This document shows positions 52,244 through 62,354 of a stretch of 64,000 nucleotides of DNA, piece after piece; the stretch's first letter is position 1, and every line of letters starts with the position of its first letter. Source of the stretch: Verrucomicrobiia bacterium (GTDB taxonomy: Bacteria; Verrucomicrobiota; Verrucomicrobiia; Limisphaerales; UBA1319); assembly GCA_963664225.1 (NCBI GenBank), contig OY760937.1:3296001-3360000 (forward strand), written 5' to 3'. The notes under the pieces were generated by a model. It was given only the letters and a program-made list of their open reading frames with translations, was not told the DNA's origin and did no database searches. Position numbers and translations under genes: made by a program.

Positions 52244-53280
52244 GAGGAGGCGTGCGCCGTGTGTTGGAGCTTATCCATTTCCGCATTGGCGCGCGCGATT
52301 TCCTGGTTAATGGAATGGTTGATGTTGTGTTTAACTGCATCGCCAGTGGCGCGAATGGCGTTCCTGATGGCCCGATCGTCGGCGGAACCGTGGGCGATCA
52401 TCACGCTCCCATTGAGTCCGAGCAATGGCGCCCCTCCCGCTTCTGCGGGATCCAGACGGTGTTTGATGGTCTTGAACGCGCCCCGGGCCATCCAGGCGCC
52501 CAGGCTGCGACCCGTAGTGCTGGTCAGTTCCTCCTTGAGCCACGCAAAGAGATTGGTGGCCAGGCTCTCGCACGTCTTGAGAACGACGTTCCCAACAAAA
52601 CCGTCGCACACGACCACGTCCACCCGGTTGGCGAACAGGTCGTGGCCCTCGACGTTCCCGATGAAATGAATGGGGCATTGTTTGCAGAGCTTGAAGGCTT
52701 CCAGAGTGAGTTCATTGCCCTTCACATCTTCAGTGCCCACGCTTAGAATGCCCACGCGCGGCTTGGCGTAACCCAGGATCTTTTGCGAATAGACGCTGCC
52801 CATGATGGCGTATTGGGCCAGGTGCCGGGGGCGGCATTCCACATTCGCGCCGGCATCCAGGAGAACAAATTGGTTTTTGGGCGCTGGAATGATCGCCGCA
52901 ATGGCTGGACGATCGACTTCGGTGAGCGGGCGCAGGCGGATGGTGGCTGCGGCTACCACGGCTCCGGTGTTTCCGGGGGAAACCATGGCCTCAGCCCGGC
53001 CTTCCTTCAATAAATCGACGGCGCGGAGGATTGAGCAATCCTTTTTACGGCGGAGTCCCTCCACGGGTTTGTCCTCCATGGTCAGCACCTCGGAGGCATG
53101 GACCACCGTCACGCGGGAATCCGTGTTACCGCATTTTTTGAGTGCTGCCTCGATTTCCGGCTGTCGGCCGACCAGGAACAGTTCCTGAATGTTGGCGTTG
53201 AGTTGGAGGGCCTGTAATGCGCCCTTGATGACGACCTCGCACCCGTGGTCGCCGCCCATGACATCAACAACAACTCGCAT
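52240..53280 (-). CDS. plsX: Phosphate acyltransferase
   Basis: VDVMGGD, SPGNTGA, DAGAN, GNVEG, DGFVGN and HGS. Confidence 0.96.
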   Translation of the reverse strand: MRVVVDVMGGDHGCEVVIKGALQALQLNANIQELFLVGRQPEIEAALKKCGNTDSRVTVVHASEVLTMEDKPVEGLRRKKDCSILRAVDLLKEGRAEAMVSPGNTGAVVAAATIRLRPLTEVDRPAIAAIIPAPKNQFVLLDAGANVECRPRHLAQYAIMGSVYSQKILGYAKPRVGILSVGTEDVKGNELTLEAFKLCKQCPIHFIGNVEGHDLFANRVDVVVCDGFVGNVVLKTCESLATNLFAWLKEELTSTTGRSLGAWMARGAFKTIKHRLDPAEAGGAPLLGLNGSVMIAHGSADDRAIRNAIRATGDAVKHNINHSINQEIARANAEMDKLQHTAHASS

Positions 53281-53287
53281 AAGGATG

Positions 53288-53319
53288 AAAAAAGCGCGGC
53301 CCTATAAAGACGCCGCGCT
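53288..53319 (-). terminator. Terminator-like hairpin between rpmF and plsX
   Basis: Minus strand agcgcggc-loop-gccgcgct followed by a T-run. Confidence 0.6.
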
Positions 53320-53331
53320 CTCAAACATCAA

Positions 53332-53520
53332 TTAAGCTGTGGCTTTAACGTTGATTACCTGGCGGTCTTTGTAAAAGCCGCAGGCTGGGCATACCCGATG
53401 TGGTACGTAAGGAGCCGCGCATTGCGGGCAAACGCCCAACTGGGGCAATTTTAATACACTGTTATACGCCCGGCGCATGCGCTGGCGACTTTTCGACGGT
53501 TTGCGTTTGGGAACGCCCAT
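53332..53520 (-). CDS. rpmF: 50S ribosomal protein L32
   Basis: MGVPKRKPSKSR...CPQC...HRVCPACGFY. Confidence 0.97.
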   Translation of the reverse strand: MGVPKRKPSKSRQRMRRAYNSVLKLPQLGVCPQCAAPYVPHRVCPACGFYKDRQVINVKATA

Positions 53521-53535
53521 AAATTATCCTTCTGA

Positions 53536-54024
53536 CTACAATTTCAGTTTATTTAATACGGCCCAAGCGGAGGAATCCACATCATTTCCAGCCATATTGG
53601 GGCCTTTCGACCCGGTAACGGCTTTGGATGGACCCAGTCCCGGGCACCCGGCCTCACACAACGGATGTTGTGGAATCGCGAGCAAAATATCTTCCCGGAT
53701 ATAGGGCGTCAAGTCAATCAGATCGTTCTTTATCGCTGGAGCGTCCTCTCCGACCATCGGCAGATGGCAGGCCCAATCGGGAATATCGATGATTTCCTCG
53801 ATCTCTTTGAGGCATCGCACGCACTCGCATTTCAGCTTCAACGAAATATGACCGCGGGCGAGCCACGCGTTGGTAAGCTGTTCGACCTCAATTTCATAGC
53901 TGACCGGAGAATTCGCATGAACACACTCGTCCGGCGAGCCCCAGTCCAACTCTTCAAGCGGGATCACGCCGCGCAGCTCCACGCTCTTCTGCTCCAGTTT
54001 GCGGACGTTAAAAATGGCAGACAT
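53536..54024 (-). CDS. yceD: DUF177/YceD family protein
   Basis: CVRCL, DLTPYIREDILLAIP and LCEAGCPGL; position upstream of rpmF. Confidence 0.88.
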   Translation of the reverse strand: MSAIFNVRKLEQKSVELRGVIPLEELDWGSPDECVHANSPVSYEIEVEQLTNAWLARGHISLKLKCECVRCLKEIEEIIDIPDWACHLPMVGEDAPAIKNDLIDLTPYIREDILLAIPQHPLCEAGCPGLGPSKAVTGSKGPNMAGNDVDSSAWAVLNKLKL

Positions 54025-54049
54025 AATATTTTCCTTTCCCAATTAAAAC

Positions 54050-54538
54050 TTAAAGCGCCTGTTTGGCAAGTTTGGCTGCCAGCGCCCGTTCCACATTGGC
54101 CGGCACAAAGGGGCTTACATCCCCGCCCAACCGCGCGATCTCCTTGATGATTCGCGAGCTCAGGAACACGAAAGTTTCCTTGGGCATCATGAAAATCGTC
54201 TCCACCCGTTCATTGAGCTTTCGATTCATCAGGGCCAGTTGAAATTCGAACTCAAAGTCCGACACCGCCCTCAAACCCCGCAGCACCGCGTCCCCATTAT
54301 GCGCGACCACATAGTTCACCAGCAGTCCCGTCAGGACATCCGTCTCCACATTAGGCAGATGCGCCACAGCAGGGATCACCAACTGCTTGCGCTCTTCACA
54401 ATTGAACAAGGGCGACTTGGTGTCGTTATTGGCCACCGCCACGATGACGCGGTCAAACAATTTGGCCGCCCGATAGATCAGGTCCAGATGGCCATTGGTC
54501 ACCGGATCGAAGCTGCCCGGATAAATTACCGTTCGCAT
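54050..54538 (-). CDS. coaD: Pantetheine-phosphate adenylyltransferase
   Basis: YPGSFDPVTNGHLD, RGLRAVSDFEFE and SS..IKE. Confidence 0.97.
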   Translation of the reverse strand: MRTVIYPGSFDPVTNGHLDLIYRAAKLFDRVIVAVANNDTKSPLFNCEERKQLVIPAVAHLPNVETDVLTGLLVNYVVAHNGDAVLRGLRAVSDFEFEFQLALMNRKLNERVETIFMMPKETFVFLSSRIIKEIARLGGDVSPFVPANVERALAAKLAKQAL

Positions 54539-54657
54539 TGTTCCATAGCCTGCTATGAGACTGGAAATTAGCAAGCAGAACCATGAAGGCGGTTGCACCC
54601 TTTTAATTTCGAGTGGACACTTGCGAGGCGGCTGCTACCATGCGGTCCCAGAATTAG

Positions 54658-55002
<345 letters not shown>

Positions 55003-55085
55003 TTCATTCAGAGAGCAGGCCGCCGCAAGCCGCCCTTCAACCGGGAGCTGCGGGGCATCCTTTTTTAACCAACAACAACAAACCA

Positions 55086-56498
55086 ATGAGCACAGTAAAA
55101 AGTGTACTTGAAATGGCCCGCAAAAACGAGGCCAGAATGGTGGACCTCAAGTTTGTGGACACCTTCGGAGTCTGGCAGCACTTCACGATGCCTATGGACG
55201 AACTGACCCCCGAGGCGTTCGCTGAAGGCCTCGGATTTGACGGATCGTCGATTCGCGGATGGAAATCCATCGAAGCCTCGGACATGCTGGCCATGCCCGA
55301 TGTGGAGACCGCCTTCATGGATCCCTTCTGCGCGGTTCCTACCCTCTCCCTGACCTGTACCATCGCCGAGACCGGCACCCTGGAGCCTTACTCCCGGGAT
55401 CCCCGCGGCATGGCCCAGAAGGCCGAGAAGTATCTCATCAGCACGGGCCTGGCCGACACGGCCTACTTCGGGCCTGAAGCCGAGTTCTTCATCTTCGACA
55501 ACGTCCAGTACGATTCAAAGACCAACGGCACCTTCTACAGCGTGGATTCGGGCGAAGGCATCTGGAATTCGGGCCGCGATGAAATGCCCAACCAGGGCTA
55601 CAAGATCCGCTACAAAGAGGGTTACTTCCCCGTCGGGCCTGCCGATACACAGCAGGACATCCGCACCGAGATGTGCATGCTCATGGAGCAATTGGGCGTC
55701 AAGATCGAGCGTCATCACCACGAAGTGGCCACCGCGGGCCAGGCGGAGATCGACATGCGGTTTAACACCCTGGTCAAGACCGCCGACAACTTGATGGTCT
55801 ATAAATATGTCGTTCGCAACGTCGCTGCCAAGCACGGCAAGACGGCCACGTTCATGCCCAAGCCCCTGTTTGGCGATAACGGCTCGGGAATGCACGTCCA
55901 CATGTCCCTCTGGAAAAAGGGCAAGCCCCTGTTCACCGGCAGCGAGTATGCCGGCCTGAGCCAGATGGCCATCCACTACATCGGCGGCATCCTCAAGCAT
56001 GCGCGCGCCCTGTGCGCCATCTGCAGCCCCACCACCAACAGCTACAAGCGTTTGGTCCCAGGCTACGAGGCCCCCGTGAACCTGGCTTACAGCTCCCGCA
56101 ATCGTAGCGCCGCGGTTCGCATCCCGACCTACAGCGAGAATCCCAAGGCCAAGCGCATCGAATACCGCCCGCCGGATCCCTCCGCCAACATTTATCTGGC
56201 CAATGCCGCGCTGTTGCTGGCCGGTCTGGATGGCGTCCTTAACAAAATTGATCCGGGCGAACCCCTGGACAAGAACATCTACGAGCTGCCCCCCGAGGAA
56301 CTCAAGAAGGTCCCCAACGTTCCCGGCAGCCTGGGTGAAGCCCTCGAATGTCTGGAGAAGGATCACGAATTCCTGCTCAAGGGCGACGTGTTCTCGAAGG
56401 ACTTCCTGGAAATGTGGACCGCCACCAAGCGCAAAGAGCATGATGCCATGCGCCTGCGTCCGCATCCCTACGAATTCTTCATGTATTACGATGCTTAA
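55086..56498 (+). CDS. glnA: Glutamine synthetase type I
   Basis: [43 protein letters not shown] and KNIY. Confidence 0.98.
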   Translation: MSTVKSVLEMARKNEARMVDLKFVDTFGVWQHFTMPMDELTPEAFAEGLGFDGSSIRGWKSIEASDMLAMPDVETAFMDPFCAVPTLSLTCTIAETGTLEPYSRDPRGMAQKAEKYLISTGLADTAYFGPEAEFFIFDNVQYDSKTNGTFYSVDSGEGIWNSGRDEMPNQGYKIRYKEGYFPVGPADTQQDIRTEMCMLMEQLGVKIERHHHEVATAGQAEIDMRFNTLVKTADNLMVYKYVVRNVAAKHGKTATFMPKPLFGDNGSGMHVHMSLWKKGKPLFTGSEYAGLSQMAIHYIGGILKHARALCAICSPTTNSYKRLVPGYEAPVNLAYSSRNRSAAVRIPTYSENPKAKRIEYRPPDPSANIYLANAALLLAGLDGVLNKIDPGEPLDKNIYELPPEELKKVPNVPGSLGEALECLEKDHEFLLKGDVFSKDFLEMWTATKRKEHDAMRLRPHPYEFFMYYDA

Positions 56499-56616
56499 AT
56501 CGTAAGAACTGAGCGAGTGGGCCGGTCTTGACCGGCTCTGGAGTTTGGCCCCGGACTAGACAAACCGCTGGTGGGATTATTATTTTGTTGCGCGTGGTCT
56601 AGTTATGTGACTAGAT

Positions 56617-56850
56617 ATGGCCACTATGGGTTATCCAACTAAAGTCCAGCTCATCCAACGCAAGCAAAGCCAGCAATGGTACATCAACTTCCCCTCCGCC
56701 ATCGCCCAGGCCATGGATTTCGACAAGGGAGAGGATGTCCGGTGGACCATTGCCGACAAAGGTCACCTCATTCTCTCGCGCGACCAGGTCCCCCCCAACC
56801 CGGTCGCTTTAAAAAAAACGCCTCCCTCCTCGACCAAATCGAGGAGCTGA
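56617..56850 (+). CDS. IS OrfA, AbrB/SpoVT-like small DNA-binding protein
   Basis: TKVQLI...WYINFPSAIAQAMDFDKGEDVRWTI...LILSR fits the AbrB swapped-hairpin pattern. Confidence 0.65.
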   Translation: MATMGYPTKVQLIQRKQSQQWYINFPSAIAQAMDFDKGEDVRWTIADKGHLILSRDQVPPNPVALKKTPPSSTKSRS

Positions 56851-58253
56851 TCGATCTATGTGCTCCCGGCTTCTCTTCCCCGCAGGCCTGGGCTCGGGGC
56901 CGCCGCCATCTGCTTTCCCAGTTGGTGTGCTTCGGCCGCCACACCATTACAGGGCTCTTGCGCAATCAAAACCGCACCCAACAGGATTGGACGGCCGATT
57001 ACCGCTTCTATTCCGAGGATCATTTCGACGAGGACTGGGTTTTCGACCGGATCCGCGCCCAAATCGAGCAGGACTTCCCGTCCAAGGATCCTCTGGTCGT
57101 GGCCATGGACGACTCGCTCTTGCGCAAAACCGGTCCGCGCATCTTTGGCTCCCGTTTTCAGCGTGATCCCTTGAGCCCCCCATTCCAGGTCAACTTTGTC
57201 CGGGGTCTGCGGGTCCTGCAGATTTCTGCGGCCGTGCCGCTGGGCTCACAAGGGGCGGCACGGATGATTCCGGTGGACTTCCAGCATGCGGCCCTGCCCG
57301 CCAAGCCGCGCAAGGATGCCGCGCCAGAGCGCTGGGCCGCCTACCGGGAGCAACGGGCCAAAATGAATATCAATGTGGCGGGCCGCAATCGCCTGACCCA
57401 CATGCGCCGGCAAATGGATCAAAGCGGTTCGAGCCAGCGGCCGCTGATTGCCACCCTCGATGGCCGCTTCACCAATGGCACCGTTCTGGGGCAGATTCCG
57501 GAGCGGACCACCCTCATTGGCCGCGTGCGCAAGGACTCGGCCTTTTACTTTCCCCCGACAGGGCAGGCCGCGCACGGCCGCAAACGCAAGTATGGGGCCC
57601 ACTGCCCCACGCCGGAACAACTGCTCAAGGACCCGGCCCAACCCTGGCAAACCGTGGAGGCCTTTGCGGCAGGCAAACGCTACCAGTTCCGGGTCAAAAC
57701 CCTGGCGCCCGTCTACTCGCAGATGGACAAGGCCGGCCACTCCCTGCGTCTGGTCGTCATCGAGCCGGTGGCTTACCGCCGTACCAGGTCCAGCAAGCTG
57801 GAACGGCGCGAACCGGCTTTTCTCATCTGCACTGATCTGAATCTGCCCCTGGAAAAGGTGGTGCAGTTTTATCTCTGGCGATGGGATATCGAAGTCAACT
57901 TCCGGGATGAGAAAACTCTTCTGGGGGTCGGACAGGCCCAGGTTCGGTCCGAGGCTTCCAATCAGAATGCCCCGGCGCTGGCCGTGGCAGCCTACGCGCT
58001 ACTGCTCCTGGGCGCCGTCAAAACCTACGGTGCCGACGGCCAGCCGGAGACCTTCAAACGCCCGTGCTGGTACAAACGTAAGCCCGGCCAGAGAGCCACA
58101 ACCAACGAATTAATCACGCAATTGCGTTATGAACTTTGGGCTACAGCCCTAACCACCCATTTTCTGCCGCTCTCATCAAATACCATTCCCACCCAGAACG
58201 GCAGAAAATGCGATCCACCACTAGAAGCCGCCATCTTTCTAAGTCTTAACTGA
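56808..58253 (+). CDS. IS OrfB DDE transposase, probably reached by -1 frameshift from OrfA
   Basis: VAMDDSLLRKTG, TLDGRF and YLWRWDIEVNFRDEK (Y-2-R-3-E-6-K); frame is -1 relative to OrfA. Confidence 0.88.
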   Translation, partial: FKKNASLLDQIEELIDLCAPGFSSPQAWARGRRHLLSQLVCFGRHTITGLLRNQNRTQQDWTADYRFYSEDHFDEDWVFDRIRAQIEQDFPSKDPLVVAMDDSLLRKTGPRIFGSRFQRDPLSPPFQVNFVRGLRVLQISAAVPLGSQGAARMIPVDFQHAALPAKPRKDAAPERWAAYREQRAKMNINVAGRNRLTHMRRQMDQSGSSQRPLIATLDGRFTNGTVLGQIPERTTLIGRVRKDSAFYFPPTGQAAHGRKRKYGAHCPTPEQLLKDPAQPWQTVEAFAAGKRYQFRVKTLAPVYSQMDKAGHSLRLVVIEPVAYRRTRSSKLERREPAFLICTDLNLPLEKVVQFYLWRWDIEVNFRDEKTLLGVGQAQVRSEASNQNAPALAVAAYALLLLGAVKTYGADGQPETFKRPCWYKRKPGQRATTNELITQLRYELWATALTTHFLPLSSNTIPTQNGRKCDPPLEAAIFLSLN

Positions 58254-58309
58254 TCGTAAGGGGGCCAAACTCCAGGGCCGGTCTTGACCGGCTCAGTCAA
58301 TGACTCTTC

Positions 58310-58350
58310 AAAACCGGCGCGGACACTGAAAAGTTCGCGCCGGTTTTTTT
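58310..58350 (+). terminator. Rho-independent terminator (probably the original glnA terminator)
   Basis: aaaaccggcgcg...cgcgccggttttttt. Confidence 0.8.
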
Positions 58351-58492
58351 ATGTCGGTATTAAACGCCATAAGAGACGTCATTGCTTGGCTTGGCCAACG
58401 GCCTGGGTTTCCGCACCATAAATCATTATTTATTCTGTCGCTTGATGAAGGTGCACTTTCGGGCGTTCCCTGCGGTGTCCCAACGAAGAGGT

Positions 58493-60079
58493 TTATTTTG
58501 AGGATTTGGTAGCTCCATAACCGTAATAGCCGCCATTGTAAATGACCACATACATGTCGTAGTCTGGGTCTGAAAGATTATCACCATCGCGAATGGGGAT
58601 TCCCTCGGGATTGAAACTCCCCTTTTCAACAATTGCCCATGTTTTGGCTCTCTCACTGTTCGGTGAATTTGGTTGCGGGGGAGTTACCCAGCCGGGTTTC
58701 GCGATTTGGTAATTTTCCAAAAATGAATCCATGGGTTCTTTGAGATACGGCATCAACTGGGAAAGATTAGACGGAAGCTGTTCATTGTTTGATTTGGCGA
58801 ATTGCACCAATCCTTCATTGACCGCATTGGCAAACCTACTCTTTGCGGTCCACCTCAAATGTCCCATCGCCTCGCGGCAAGCTGCGTCGCTGTCAAGGTC
58901 CCGTTTAGCAGCTTCATTTAACCAATCCTGTTCGTTTAGCAACTGCAGCTCAGGAGTTTTCTTGCCGGGCCACTGGTCAAAACGTGCCTTGAGGAGCTTT
59001 GCCCGATTGAGCCACGCTTGCGCCAGAATCGCGGTTGGGTCATTTGTATCTCCTGTTATTCCTTGCGCCAGTTGTCTTGATTCCTTGTGCAACCTTCCCA
59101 CTTCAGAGCGCAACCTTAACAATTCGGTTGTATTACGGTCCAACCGTTCGTTTTCCTCCCGAATCGCCGCGAGTTGAAGAGCGGTCTCGTCTTGTGCTCT
59201 TTGAAATTGTTGGATTTGTTCGTTCAGCGGCTTTTGCTGTTGCCGTAGTCCCTGAATCTGGTCGCGTAGTTGCAAGGCTTGGCGGGCCTCATAGATTCCC
59301 CCTCCGAGAAGAACTGCGACGGTGGCGGCGACGATGGTTTTCTGAAGTGTGGTCATGGCAATGGCTTTAGTGGTGGCAATGGCTTTAGTGGTGGCAATGA
59401 CTTTAGTGGTGGCAATGACTGTTGTCGTGGTGATGGCGGTTGCAGAAAGAGTTGCGGTGGTAATGGCAGCGGCAAGACCTGCAGGTGCGGCCAGCACTGA
59501 ATTGCCGGTGACTGCTCCTGCAATCGCCGATGCAGACAGCGTTACTCCGCGCTTGGTGAAAAACAGCCTTAGTTTTTCCACCCCGCGATTCACCCGCATA
59601 CGCGCCGTGTCGTCATCCGTCCCCAGCGCCGCCCCGACTTGTTTGAAATCCTTGCCCTGAAAGAATCGGAGCACGACCGCGTCATGCTCCTTTTCCCCCA
59701 GGCAATTAAGTGCCTCATCCAGCATCGGCTCGATTTGTCTCCAGGCTTCGGAATCCGATTCGTTCAAAATGGATAGCATGTGTGCCTCCTGTTCGCGGAA
59801 TTGCCGACGATGTTGAATTTTCAGTGCGTCGGCGGACGCATATCGTGCCGTGCGGCAGAGCCATCCGGGTAGAATGGTCATCGGACCAAGCGATTTTGCT
59901 TTGCGTGCCAGGATGATGAAGACGCCTTGGGTGATTTCCTCAGCCAGATGGGGGTCGCGAACTTGGCGCAGGGCGACCGAATAAACCAGATTAACATGGC
60001 GCGATACCAGCGTGGCAAACGCCTGCTCGGAATTGCTTTGGGCATATTCCCGCACCAACGTCATATCATCGCTCGTCAT
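58493..60079 (-). CDS. ECF sigma-70 factor with TM/coiled-coil extension (paralogue B)
   Basis: N-terminal ~280 aa closely similar to 49111-50748. Confidence 0.88.
   Translation of the reverse strand: MTSDDMTLVREYAQSNSEQAFATLVSRHVNLVYSVALRQVRDPHLAEEITQGVFIILARKAKSLGPMTILPGWLCRTARYASADALKIQHRRQFREQEAHMLSILNESDSEAWRQIEPMLDEALNCLGEKEHDAVVLRFFQGKDFKQVGAALGTDDDTARMRVNRGVEKLRLFFTKRGVTLSASAIAGAVTGNSVLAAPAGLAAAITTATLSATAITTTTVIATTKVIATTKAIATTKAIAMTTLQKTIVAATVAVLLGGGIYEARQALQLRDQIQGLRQQQKPLNEQIQQFQRAQDETALQLAAIREENERLDRNTTELLRLRSEVGRLHKESRQLAQGITGDTNDPTAILAQAWLNRAKLLKARFDQWPGKKTPELQLLNEQDWLNEAAKRDLDSDAACREAMGHLRWTAKSRFANAVNEGLVQFAKSNNEQLPSNLSQLMPYLKEPMDSFLENYQIAKPGWVTPPQPNSPNSERAKTWAIVEKGSFNPEGIPIRDGDNLSDPDYDMYVVIYNGGYYGYGATKSSK
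59357..59420 (-). repeat. In-frame 18-bp tandem repeat, ~3.5 copies (IATTKA/V)
   Basis: ggcaatg(g/a)ctttagtggt at 59357, 59375 and 59393, partial copy at 59411. Confidence 0.92.
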
Positions 60080-60299
60080 GTCATTGATATATGGACGCCA
60101 ACGTGAAAACCGAACAGATTATTTGGTAGTTTTTTGGACGGCGGCTTCGAGAATTCAGTCCTTGATGTGTCGATTGGGTTTACCCACTTTCTGTATTGGC
60201 ATGCTGTCGCCTCACGTCTTCAAAAACCGAACCATTCATTTAAACAATGCGAACCTGATTAAGGTCTGACATCTTTCACGACTTGCGCTACTATATCGC

Positions 60300-60929
60300 A
60301 TGAAAGAATTAAACCACCTTTTCACCAACAACCGCGCCTGGGCCGGCCAGATTCGCGCCAGAGATCCTGAGTTTTTCCTGAAACTCTCCCGCCAGCAGAG
60401 TCCTCAATACCTCTGGATCGGTTGTTCGGACAGCCGGGTTCCCGCGAATGAGATTGTCGGCTTGCTGCCCGGCGAATTGTTCGTTCACCGCAATATCGCC
60501 AATGTCGTGCGTGCGGCCGATCTTAACTGCATGTCTGTTCTGCAATTTGCCGTGGATGTACTGAAAGTGCGGCACGTCATTGTCTGTGGCCACTACGGAT
60601 GTGCGGGGGTGCGGGCCGTGTTGCGCGGGGACAGGCTCGGTTTGGTGGACCAATGGCTCCAGAGCGTTCAGGAAGTGCGCCAGAAATACGAAACGCAGTT
60701 GGCCACGGTGGTTGACGAGACGCAGCAGTTTGACCGGCTTTGCGAACTGAACGTCGCCGAACAAGTCGCCAGTGTGTGCGCGGCCAATAGCGTCCAGAGC
60801 GCCTGGGCGCGGGGCCAATCGCTCGCGGTGCATGGCTGGATTTATGCCGTGACAGACGGCTTGCTGCGTGACATGGACCTCTGCGTCACCGGCCCGAATG
60901 GATCGGTTCCCCTGGGAAAACCCGTCTGA
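60300..60929 (+). CDS. can: Beta-class carbonic anhydrase
   Basis: WIGCSDSRVP, HRNIAN, CGHYGC, ELNV and VHGWIY. Confidence 0.95.
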   Translation: MKELNHLFTNNRAWAGQIRARDPEFFLKLSRQQSPQYLWIGCSDSRVPANEIVGLLPGELFVHRNIANVVRAADLNCMSVLQFAVDVLKVRHVIVCGHYGCAGVRAVLRGDRLGLVDQWLQSVQEVRQKYETQLATVVDETQQFDRLCELNVAEQVASVCAANSVQSAWARGQSLAVHGWIYAVTDGLLRDMDLCVTGPNGSVPLGKPV

Positions 60930-60980
60930 AGGTCATTACCCGGGAATTCAACGGCCAACTCTGTGACCGCACCCCGCACC

Positions 60981-62336
60981 TTACGGTTTAGTGACGAGCG
61001 CCACGCCGTCCAATTCGAATAGCAGGTCGTCGCGACAGACATCGGCCACGACACAGATGCCCGGGAAAGGGTCGAGACCGCGCCGGGCGGCAATTTCGCG
61101 CCAGATGGTAAGATCCTCTGCGCGCTTGAGAAAAACCGTGGCGCTGGCGATATCGGTCAGCTTGGCGTGACCCTGGGCGATGAGCGTTTCGATATTATCG
61201 AGTGTGCGTTCGATCTGGGCCCGCGTATCGCCGGGGTAAAGGCTCGCGCCGGTTTCATCGATGGCCGCCGTGCCGGAAATCTGGATTTGTGCGAAGTCGC
61301 CCTCGGTCAGAATGACCCCACGTGAGAAGGCCGCTCCATAACGAAAAGCATCTTTCTGGCGCAGATTGGTCAGGCGCAACACATGCGGCCGCTTTTCAGG
61401 TTCGCCCGCCACGGCCAGCACATCCATCAGGCACGCGGCATTGAGCGGATTGGAGCCTTTGATACCTGTGCTGGCAGGCAGTTGGAAGGCCACCGGACGC
61501 GTATCCTTCGCGGAGGGCATGAGGCCCAAGCCCGTATAGGCGCCGTTACGCGCGAGATTGAAGGCGTCATACCACTTGAGAATGTCCGCCAGATAAATCC
61601 AGGTCCGCGCCACCTGCCCGTAATTGGTTCCCTGGGACTGCAGAAGGCGCTGCGCGCGGTCGATCATTGCAACGGTTTGCTCCTCGCGGGTGCCAGCCAC
61701 GTGCGAATTCATCCCGTTAATTCCCTGCAGCAGGAAATAGGTGGCTCCACGCCGTGTCCAGCCTCGTCCGCAAACCTGCCCATCGTCCAGAATGTCCCAG
61801 ACCCGTCCGTCCTTTTGCGACGGCTGGAATAATTGCATCTGAATTCCGGCGAATCCCTCGCCCCAGACAGGATGGCCCTGAACAAATGTCAGAGGGGAGG
61901 TTCCGTGAACCATGCTCAATCCTGCGCTTTGACGCCCTTTGAGGATGGCCTCGCGGTGACTGAGGCTGGCGAAAATGCGTTCATGGAGACAATGCCAGTT
62001 CTCGCCGGTCAACAACTCCCGGATTTTGGCATAGGCGGCAGCGGCGGCGGCTTCTGAATTCGCACCCGCACGCACGCAAACGGTGATCCATCGCTGATCG
62101 GGCGTCGGCGTGGCGATCGTCAATTGAAACTCATCCTGCTCGACTACAGTAAGGCAATTCATGTCATTAATAGCAATGGGAGCTTGGGCATCCGAATGAC
62201 CGGCCCGGTTTGGGGCCGTCTTTTCGGGATCAACAGGCGTCATGGCACACGACCGCGCATGCACTTCCATCAGGCTTGCAGGTATTTTAGAGGCGGATGG
62301 GAACGACGTCACGCTTTTTGCGTGGGTGGCTGCCAA
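60981..62336 (-). CDS. Tandem Rid/YjgF-fold protein (chorismatase FkbO/Hyg5-related or Rid7-like); start uncertain
   Basis: RTWIYL, PASTGI, FSRG, ISGTAAID and ADVCRDDLLFELDG. Confidence 0.72.
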   Translation of the reverse strand: MAATHAKSVTSFPSASKIPASLMEVHARSCAMTPVDPEKTAPNRAGHSDAQAPIAINDMNCLTVVEQDEFQLTIATPTPDQRWITVCVRAGANSEAAAAAAYAKIRELLTGENWHCLHERIFASLSHREAILKGRQSAGLSMVHGTSPLTFVQGHPVWGEGFAGIQMQLFQPSQKDGRVWDILDDGQVCGRGWTRRGATYFLLQGINGMNSHVAGTREEQTVAMIDRAQRLLQSQGTNYGQVARTWIYLADILKWYDAFNLARNGAYTGLGLMPSAKDTRPVAFQLPASTGIKGSNPLNAACLMDVLAVAGEPEKRPHVLRLTNLRQKDAFRYGAAFSRGVILTEGDFAQIQISGTAAIDETGASLYPGDTRAQIERTLDNIETLIAQGHAKLTDIASATVFLKRAEDLTIWREIAARRGLDPFPGICVVADVCRDDLLFELDGVALVTKP

Positions 62337-62354
62337 TTTGATGACCCAAATTCT

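Larger units (their letters stand above)
56538..58275 (+). mobile_element. Insertion sequence (~1738 bp), IS4/IS701-like DDE superfamily, family unassigned
   Basis: Perfect 15-bp terminal inverted repeats ctggagtttggcccc (56538-56552) and ggggccaaactccag (58261-58275); flanking direct repeat ggccggtcttgaccggct at 56520-56537 and 58276-58293. Confidence 0.93.

Noticed and set aside
56676..56807. ATG at 56676 as the transposase start
   Set aside because: That segment overlaps OrfA and looks non-coding in that frame; the frameshift signal explains OrfB better
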